Below, in pieces: positions 58,247 to 64,000 of a stretch of 64,000 nt of DNA. The notes below the pieces were generated by a model. The model was not told the DNA's origin. It worked only from the letters and a program-made list of their open reading frames with translations, and did no database searches. Source of the stretch: an uncultured Methanosarcinales archaeon (GTDB taxonomy: Archaea; Nanobdellota; Nanobdellia; Woesearchaeales; JAHWIC01); contig CAYUUH010000001.1 in assembly GCA_964447855.1 (NCBI GenBank), forward strand, positions 369 through 64,368. Reading direction: 5' to 3'. A program made the position numbers and the translations under genes. The number at the start of each line of letters is the position of its first letter. Within the stretch, counting starts at the first letter, position 1.

Positions 58247-59311
58247 CTAACATCCTAAAACAAGCCTTATGACGGTATCTGATACATTATCTTTTTTATA
58301 ATCAGGCAATACTTCCCATCTCATAAATAAGTTCTTAATATTATGATAAGACCTTAGTATAGTTGGTGTATCTGTACCCGCAAGAATAAGAGAACCATTC
58401 TCTGTCAATTCTTGTCTCTCCGTGGTATTTCTAAGCACTATGCACGGCACTCCGAATAAAGAACACTCCTCTGGTACTGTACCTGAATCAGTAAAGACAA
58501 GACTTGCATATTTCTCAAGTTTAACAAAATCAAAGAATCCGAGTGGTTCAATAATCTGAATATTGGGGTGTAGTTCTATCCCGTTAGCATTAAGTCTGTC
58601 TTTTGACCTTGGATGAAGCGGATAGATTATCTTATTATTTTCAGCTATGTAGTTAATCGCTTTAAATATACTCTCAGTCCTCGTAGGGTTATCAACATTA
58701 TCGGCACGGTGAAGCGTCAGTAATATGTAATCTTTATGGTGAAGCGTCAATTTACCGAGAATAGAGCTATTATCAATACTTAAGGAGTAATAATCAAGCA
58801 CCTCTTTAATCGGATTACCTATCTTAAATGTTTTGTTCTTTGAATACCCTTCTCTTATCAGATTGTCATAAGAGTTATCTGTGTATGGTAGGTTGTAATA
58901 AGAGTGTGAATCAATAATCCTTCTATTGGTTTCTTCTGGAACATCTAAATCATAACACCTATTACCCGCCTCAAGGTGAATAACCTTAATCTTACGTTTG
59001 GTTGCAAGAATTGATAGAAGTCCTGAATTGGTATCGCCAAGGGTAACTATCTTCTCTGGCATGAACTCATTAAGTATCTTCTCTAACTCGGCGAAACCAT
59101 TACTAAGGAAAGCACCCAAAGATTGCTGTTGACTAAAAATATAGTCAGCCTTTCTTATTTTGAGTTCTGAAAAGAACAAGTCACTAAGGCGTGTATCGAA
59201 GTTCTGATTAGTAAAAAGTAGCTTATGGTCACAGACGTTATCTAGCTTTCTGATTATAATAGAAAGTCTAATAAGTTCTGGGCGTGTGCCGACAATAGTT
59301 AAAACCCTCAT
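58247..59311 (-). CDS. UDP-N-acetylglucosamine 2-epimerase family (WecB / FnlC / WbvD-like, non-hydrolysing)
   Basis: MRVLTIVGTRPELIRLSIIIRKLD N-terminal signature. 354 aa. Confidence 0.7.
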   Translation of the reverse strand: MRVLTIVGTRPELIRLSIIIRKLDNVCDHKLLFTNQNFDTRLSDLFFSELKIRKADYIFSQQQSLGAFLSNGFAELEKILNEFMPEKIVTLGDTNSGLLSILATKRKIKVIHLEAGNRCYDLDVPEETNRRIIDSHSYYNLPYTDNSYDNLIREGYSKNKTFKIGNPIKEVLDYYSLSIDNSSILGKLTLHHKDYILLTLHRADNVDNPTRTESIFKAINYIAENNKIIYPLHPRSKDRLNANGIELHPNIQIIEPLGFFDFVKLEKYASLVFTDSGTVPEECSLFGVPCIVLRNTTERQELTENGSLILAGTDTPTILRSYHNIKNLFMRWEVLPDYKKDNVSDTVIRLVLGC

Positions 59312-60330
59312 AAGCCTAAGTCTTGTTTGATAATGTCTAAACCCAAGAGCATAGCCTTAGTTTCTTCAAGAGTAAGTCTCTTTGTGTTATGAGACGTGTA
59401 CTCTACCTCTTGTTCGTTATTTCCTTCAACAAAGTACTTGGCGTAGTTTAGGTCTCTTGTGTCTGAAAAAATCCTGTAGTAAATGCCTATATCAGCCGAG
59501 TTTGCCATTTCTTCCGCATTTAAGAGCGTTTCAAAGAGTTTCTCCCCGTGTCTAGTACCTATCACCCGAATTGGGTTAGATACGCCATAAACGCTTAAAA
59601 TAGCCTCTGCGAGGGTTTGTATTGTACAGGCAGGTGCTTTATGTACAAAGGTATCTCCATTACCACCATTCTCATAAGCATAAACAACAAGGTCAACAGC
59701 CTCTTCAAGTGTCATCATAAACCTCGTCATGTCGGGATTGGTTATGGTCAGCGGTCTACCCTCTTTTATCTGTTTAATAAAAAGTGGAATAACAGAACCC
59801 CTTGACGCCATCACATTGCCATACCTAGTTGCACAGAAAGATATTCCTTCGGGAAGGTTTCTAGACTTAGCTAGCATAACCCTCTCTGCAAGTGCCTTTG
59901 TCATACCCATAGCTGATGATGGATAACACGCCTTATCCGTTGAAAGGACTATTACTTTGTTGACACTGTTTTTAATTGCAGAGTCAAGCACATTCTCAGT
60001 GCCTATAATATTAGTCTTAACCGCCTCGATAGGGAAGAACTCACAGGATGGTACTTGCTTTAGTGCGGCAGCATGAAAGACAAAATCAACACCTTTCATA
60101 GCTTCATCAACACTACGGAGACTTCTTACATCACCTATGTAGTATTTTATCTTTGGGTTATTATACTGCCACCTGATATCTTCTTGTTTCTTCTCGTCCC
60201 TGCTAAAGATGCGAATCTCTTTAAGGTCAGAGTTTAAAAATCTATCGAGTACGGCATTGCCAAATGAACCCGTACCCCCTGTAATGAGCAATACTCTATC
60301 TTTGAACATTCCTTTTGAATAAGTTAACAA
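59308..60330 (-). CDS. UDP-GlcNAc 4,6-dehydratase/5-epimerase, CapE/FnlA/WbvB family
   Basis: ILITGGTGSFGNAVL...EIRIFSRDEKKQ...HAAALKQVPSCEFFPIEAVKTNIIGTENVL. Confidence 0.8.
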   Translation of the reverse strand: MLTYSKGMFKDRVLLITGGTGSFGNAVLDRFLNSDLKEIRIFSRDEKKQEDIRWQYNNPKIKYYIGDVRSLRSVDEAMKGVDFVFHAAALKQVPSCEFFPIEAVKTNIIGTENVLDSAIKNSVNKVIVLSTDKACYPSSAMGMTKALAERVMLAKSRNLPEGISFCATRYGNVMASRGSVIPLFIKQIKEGRPLTITNPDMTRFMMTLEEAVDLVVYAYENGGNGDTFVHKAPACTIQTLAEAILSVYGVSNPIRVIGTRHGEKLFETLLNAEEMANSADIGIYYRIFSDTRDLNYAKYFVEGNNEQEVEYTSHNTKRLTLEETKAMLLGLDIIKQDLGL

Positions 60331-60535
60331 ACCAACCTAATATTGGGGTTGCCCCCATGGGTCTTACACCCATATTATAATGTCTACATTCCTCGCATGG
60401 GGTAAGTAGTGTCATTCCAGATGTATCAACCTCTGTGCAGTCAAGCATCTCTCCCACATGAGGACATGTGTTGCAGTTCTCCGAGTTCATAAGCCCACAA
60501 TAGGCTTCGCAATAAGTAGAGTACGGACATTTCAT
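60296..60535 (-). CDS. small Cys-rich ORF between the reductase and dehydratase genes (uncertain)
   Basis: 79 aa with 9 Cys. Spans an otherwise 200-bp gap. Confidence 0.2.
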   Translation of the reverse strand: MKCPYSTYCEAYCGLMNSENCNTCPHVGEMLDCTEVDTSGMTLLTPCEECRHYNMGVRPMGATPILGWFVNLFKRNVQR

Positions 60536-61350
60536 AGCTTATAGTTTTTTTGTTCAACAATCTGATCATATATTGACGGTATATCAAATAATAGTGGGTA
60601 TTTAGACGAAAGAGTTCTGTCACAAAAGATAGCATCTTTTTCTACAATCCGATTCCCTAGTTTATAAACATCATTAATAATACTCACAAGCTGTGCCTTA
60701 CTTACGGAGTCGGGCGAAAAGACGTGTCTCGTACCATGAAAGAAGAAATACTCGCTGATTATCTTCTCACATATCTTAGCAAACTGTAAACATGTAATGC
60801 CATTCCAAAAATGGTTAGTATAGCCTGTTATTGTGGTATTTTCGTGCGACCTAACCCACTCAAGCAGATCGCTACAGTTATTGGTAGTCTCTCCAATAAT
60901 AGAAGTTCTTATCACGGTACAGTTCTGTGGTTCACCAAGAGACTTACTAAGTCCATAGATAGAAACCTCATTCTTAACGCTATCCTCATTATAATTACCG
61001 TCCTTCCCCGTGTAAACACAATCAGTTGTTATATGAATCATGTTTGCGCCTACTTCTTCACAGTAATCGGCAAGTATCCTTGGAAACAAAGAATTAGCAA
61101 TAAGAAAATCACTGTCAGGACATACTCTCTTATTAGTAATACCAATGCAGTTTATGACAACATCTCCCTGTTTAATATTAAGCCAATCAAGTTGGTTATG
61201 CAAGCCCTGTGTATCGAGGACATTAAGTTGTTTCCTTGTTACCGGCTCAGACCTTTTTAAGTAAGAGTGGACATATCTGCCCAACATCCCTTTAGCTCCT
61301 AAAACAAATGTTCTATTTCTCATTTCCTGTTTTATATTCTGATTGACCAA
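60532..61350 (-). CDS. RmlD/WbvR-like NAD(P)H-dependent 4-keto-6-deoxysugar reductase
   Basis: VLGAKGMLG Rossmann motif, YGLSKSLGE YxxxK motif, RTSII. Confidence 0.6.
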   Translation of the reverse strand: MVNQNIKQEMRNRTFVLGAKGMLGRYVHSYLKRSEPVTRKQLNVLDTQGLHNQLDWLNIKQGDVVINCIGITNKRVCPDSDFLIANSLFPRILADYCEEVGANMIHITTDCVYTGKDGNYNEDSVKNEVSIYGLSKSLGEPQNCTVIRTSIIGETTNNCSDLLEWVRSHENTTITGYTNHFWNGITCLQFAKICEKIISEYFFFHGTRHVFSPDSVSKAQLVSIINDVYKLGNRIVEKDAIFCDRTLSSKYPLLFDIPSIYDQIVEQKNYKL

Positions 61351-62014
61351 TGCCTATGTTTACTGCGTACTCATCGTCTATTAAAACTGCTGTGCGATAA
61401 CCTAATCTATGGTAGGCTTCTCCTATTGCATACTCCTTATGCCAAATAGTAGGTTTACTCCACGAACCCGTATATCTTATATCCGAGTAAGGCGCTACCT
61501 TTTTATAGTCTGAGAGGCGTTTTAAGCCACAAGCAGTAGCGAACCCATGCCAACCATTATCGTAGCCTTCAAAGCCCTTAAATATGTTTTCTGAGGCAAG
61601 CCTAAAAGGAACGCCATAAGCAACAAACACATCCTTGTCCATTGGGTGATTATTATAGTCTTTAAGCCACACTTCCTCTATCTCTGCACGTTGCCTCATA
61701 ATAGCCAAAGACTTCTCAATAAATTCACCCCTTGTAACCATCCAATCATCTTCACAATGAAAAAAATATTCTGTTTTAATATGAGCATAACCGAGGTCAA
61801 TACTTTTCATCAGCCCGACATTCTCTTTATTTAAAACAAGGGTAAAGTCGGGATAAGACTCCTTAAGTTGAAGGTGGATATCCTCGTCTGCCGAGTCATT
61901 TACAATGATTATTTCAGATATTGGATAGTTATTATGATCAATAAAGGCATCTATTGTACGCCTTAATAATCCTATCCTTCTGCAAGAAAAAAATATAGCT
62001 GTTACTGGTTCCAT
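61313..62014 (-). CDS. glycosyltransferase (GT2-like: IIIVNDSAD, CEDDW)
   Basis: 233 aa. Confidence 0.45.
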   Translation of the reverse strand: MEPVTAIFFSCRRIGLLRRTIDAFIDHNNYPISEIIIVNDSADEDIHLQLKESYPDFTLVLNKENVGLMKSIDLGYAHIKTEYFFHCEDDWMVTRGEFIEKSLAIMRQRAEIEEVWLKDYNNHPMDKDVFVAYGVPFRLASENIFKGFEGYDNGWHGFATACGLKRLSDYKKVAPYSDIRYTGSWSKPTIWHKEYAIGEAYHRLGYRTAVLIDDEYAVNIGIGQSEYKTGNEK

Positions 62015-62105
62015 ATTTATTAATAAATTAAGTCTCTATTGTATGGTATTTCATACATTACTTACTGATTTCGTATTTAATGTATCAAATATCAGTCTAT
62101 TTTTA

Positions 62106-63083
62106 TTAGTAACGTCTGTTTTTCTGCCACTCATAGGCTGATTTCAATATCTCGTCCAGTCCTCTCTTGGGCGTCCATCCAAGTAAAGACTTTGCCTTAG
62201 TTGAGTTAGAAACAATCTCTGACGGGTCTCCCTTGCGTGGGGGGGCTATTGTATAAATAATCTTCTTGCCTGTCATCTGTTCTACTGCATGTATGATTTC
62301 AAACACACTATATCCCTGCTCATGTCCTAAGTTGTAGATTTGATTCTTGACATCTTCATTGTGCATCTTAGCCATGGCAAGAAGGTGTGCATCTGCAATA
62401 TCAAGTACATGGAAGTAGTCTCTAATTCCCGTCCCATCCCTTGTTGGAAATTTATCTCCATAAACTACAAGTGGTTTGTCGTTGTAGATAGCCTTCCTTA
62501 CAACCTGGGGGATAAGATGCGTTTCTTCCCTTCTCGCCTCGCCATGTCTTTCTGATGCTCCTGCCACGCAGAGATAACGGAATATAATATAGTTAAGGTC
62601 ATAAGCCACGCTAAGGTCTCTCAGTATTTGCTCTACCATTAACTTAGAAGTTCCATAGGGGCAAATAGGTATCTGCGGATGGTTCTCATCCATGGGATTG
62701 TATTGTGGCTCTCCAAACACTGCTGCCGTAGAAGTAAATATTATATTCTTAACCTTATGCTTAACCATGTGGTGTAAGAGGGTAAGCGTCTGTGCCGTAT
62801 TATTGTGGTAATAAAGACATGGATTAACAACAGAATTAGATACATGAGCAGATGCCGCCAAATGAATGACAAAATCTATCTTATACTCTCCGAATACCCA
62901 ATTCAAAACATTAGGATTAGCAAAGTTCTCTTTAAAAAACAAAGCCCTATTATCTACCGCCTCTTTATTACCAGTACTGAGATCATCAAGCACAATAACG
63001 GAGAAACCGCTTTGGATTAAAACCTCTGTGACTACTGAACCTATGTAGCCTCCACCACCTGTGATTAAGACTTTTTTCTTCAT
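62106..63083 (-). CDS. UDP-hexose 4-epimerase, GalE/Gne family
   Basis: VLITGGGGYIGS...YGTSKLMVEQILRDL. Confidence 0.75.
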   Translation of the reverse strand: MKKKVLITGGGGYIGSVVTEVLIQSGFSVIVLDDLSTGNKEAVDNRALFFKENFANPNVLNWVFGEYKIDFVIHLAASAHVSNSVVNPCLYYHNNTAQTLTLLHHMVKHKVKNIIFTSTAAVFGEPQYNPMDENHPQIPICPYGTSKLMVEQILRDLSVAYDLNYIIFRYLCVAGASERHGEARREETHLIPQVVRKAIYNDKPLVVYGDKFPTRDGTGIRDYFHVLDIADAHLLAMAKMHNEDVKNQIYNLGHEQGYSVFEIIHAVEQMTGKKIIYTIAPPRKGDPSEIVSNSTKAKSLLGWTPKRGLDEILKSAYEWQKNRRY

Positions 63084-63625
63084 AACTTATTAAAGCATAA
63101 AATTGTGTTAGAAAACCAAGGTAGTGTACTATGTGACCTGAGTAACGTAGATGTTTTCGCATCATAAGTAAACCCACGCTTCTCTACCTCTGATATAACA
63201 TAATCGTTATTCTGGCAGTTTACATGACCTGTTCCTCCCTGACCAACAATAGCCCAACTCATACATATATGTCTTGATGCTGACTTGCAAATATTGTCAA
63301 TAAATACCTGCTCGTATTCTTTTGGGATGTGTTCTCCCACCTCAAGGCATAAGATAAGTTCAAAAAGACCAACATCAGTAGGTATAGAGAAGTCTCTTAC
63401 GCTACATTGACCATTAGTTATCTGAGATGTAAGGGGATTCCCGTCAAAACCAACACAAAAGATACCATGATCGAGAAAAAACTTAGTATAACTGCCATCA
63501 CCGCATCCTATATCAACTATTGAATTAACATCATAGGCTTGCATTATAGCGTAATTTAGGCTTTTATCCCACATGTGGGTTTTAATTTCGTCTTCTGAAG
63601 TCCAGTAACCGTGGTCGTGTATCAT
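63080..63625 (-). CDS. class I SAM-dependent methyltransferase
   Basis: VDIGCGDGSYT (motif I). Confidence 0.6.
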   Translation of the reverse strand: MIHDHGYWTSEDEIKTHMWDKSLNYAIMQAYDVNSIVDIGCGDGSYTKFFLDHGIFCVGFDGNPLTSQITNGQCSVRDFSIPTDVGLFELILCLEVGEHIPKEYEQVFIDNICKSASRHICMSWAIVGQGGTGHVNCQNNDYVISEVEKRGFTYDAKTSTLLRSHSTLPWFSNTILCFNKL

Positions 63626-63645
63626 CGAATATTTTATTTAAGTTA

Positions 63646-64000
63646 TTATAGTTCATCATACAAAGGTAGACTTCTTATGTATTCCGAATTATTTATTAAG
63701 CAAGATGGACGTTCTTTCATATAATTAGCCGGATTAAGGTCGTTATAAAGGTAGATAACCTCTTCGATAAACTTGGTATGTTTTGCACCTGCCATCTCAA
63801 GCATAGGATACATAAATGATTGGTCAGTAGCCCCAACAAGATAATTTCCTACTGTATCACGTAAATCCTTATCTTCAATCTTATCCCACAACCACTTTTT
63901 CCATGTCTTAAGGTGGCTTGTTCTCCATGCCCCACTTCTGCGATAAGTCCTGTGGTCAGGGATTGGGGTGCAATAATTATGATAAGTATGGCTCATTGGC
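63646..64000 (-). CDS. hypothetical protein, probably the C-terminal part of a longer gene running off the window
   Basis: Open minus-strand frame to the window edge. Confidence 0.3.
   Translation of the reverse strand, partial: PMSHTYHNYCTPIPDHRTYRRSGAWRTSHLKTWKKWLWDKIEDKDLRDTVGNYLVGATDQSFMYPMLEMAGAKHTKFIEEVIYLYNDLNPANYMKERPSCLINNSEYIRSLPLYDEL

Noticed and set aside
54495-64000. The sugar cluster as an adjacent host capsular/O-antigen locus, with a prophage end somewhere near 54 kb
   Set aside because: There is no intergenic gap, att-like repeat or tRNA at the junction. Genes are ATGA-coupled straight into phage-like small ORFs and a homing-endonuclease paralog. No Wzx, Wzy, UpxY-like or initiating transferase genes are present. 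This is kept as an alternative to be tested; see finding 1.
1-64000. CRISPR arrays, a retron or DGR reverse transcriptase, or stop-codon recoding
   Set aside because: No regularly spaced direct repeats and no YxDD reverse-transcriptase motif were seen. All large genes are uninterrupted in the standard code, so there is no sign of TAG/TGA reassignment.

Overview
The window reads as a contiguous segment of a large double-stranded DNA bacteriophage that infects a Bacteroidota host. Host assignment rests on Bacteroides-type promoters: a TAnnTTTG box (often with TTTG at -33) sits 15-35 nt upstream of most start codons, frequently as the near-identical string TTATCTTTGCATAAAATAAG. Stem-loop plus T-run terminators follow the highly expressed genes.

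Layout:
- 1-3656: leftward genes (one truncated ORF, a zinc-ribbon metallophosphoesterase, small ORFs), interrupted by a rightward islet at about 900-1573 holding a promoter, a structured small-RNA candidate with terminator, a canonical tRNA-Met(CAT) and a small ORF.
- 3855-48568: about 45 kb of rightward genes.
  - Accessory genes: a PAPS-reductase-family protein, a GT2 glycosyltransferase, an HNH-AP2 homing endonuclease.
  - Two about 790-aa proteins that I read as candidate large terminase and portal.
  - Fifteen tightly ATGA-coupled small early-type ORFs, several of them zinc ribbons.
  - Lectin-like proteins, a XerC/D-like tyrosine recombinase, scaffold-like and major-capsid-like genes, two GIY-YIG/NUMOD homing endonucleases.
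  - A 1617-aa fibre-like protein, a receptor-binding protein with FN3 and a Fibrobacter succinogenes paralogous domain, and a 2221-aa giant protein.
  - A lysis cassette with an M15 peptidase endolysin and holin-like and spanin-like ORFs.
- 48669-64000: leftward genes. A second fibre-like protein, small membrane and secreted proteins, and a second HNH-AP2 endonuclease paralogous to the one at 6969.
  - From 54.5 kb to the window end, a translationally coupled sugar cluster with no gap separating it from the phage genes: a GalE-like epimerase, a CapE/FnlA-like 4,6-dehydratase, an RmlD-like reductase, a WecB-like 2-epimerase, four or five GT-A glycosyltransferases, a cobalamin-type radical SAM enzyme and a SAM methyltransferase.

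Most noteworthy: (i) the phage-borne nucleotide-sugar and glycosylation module; (ii) two diverged copies of an about 110-bp hairpin element, 49 kb apart, whose stems differ by compensatory changes; (iii) the promoter, small-RNA candidate and tRNA islet.

Product calls for the structural proteins (terminase, portal, capsid) are inferred from size, order and composition only.
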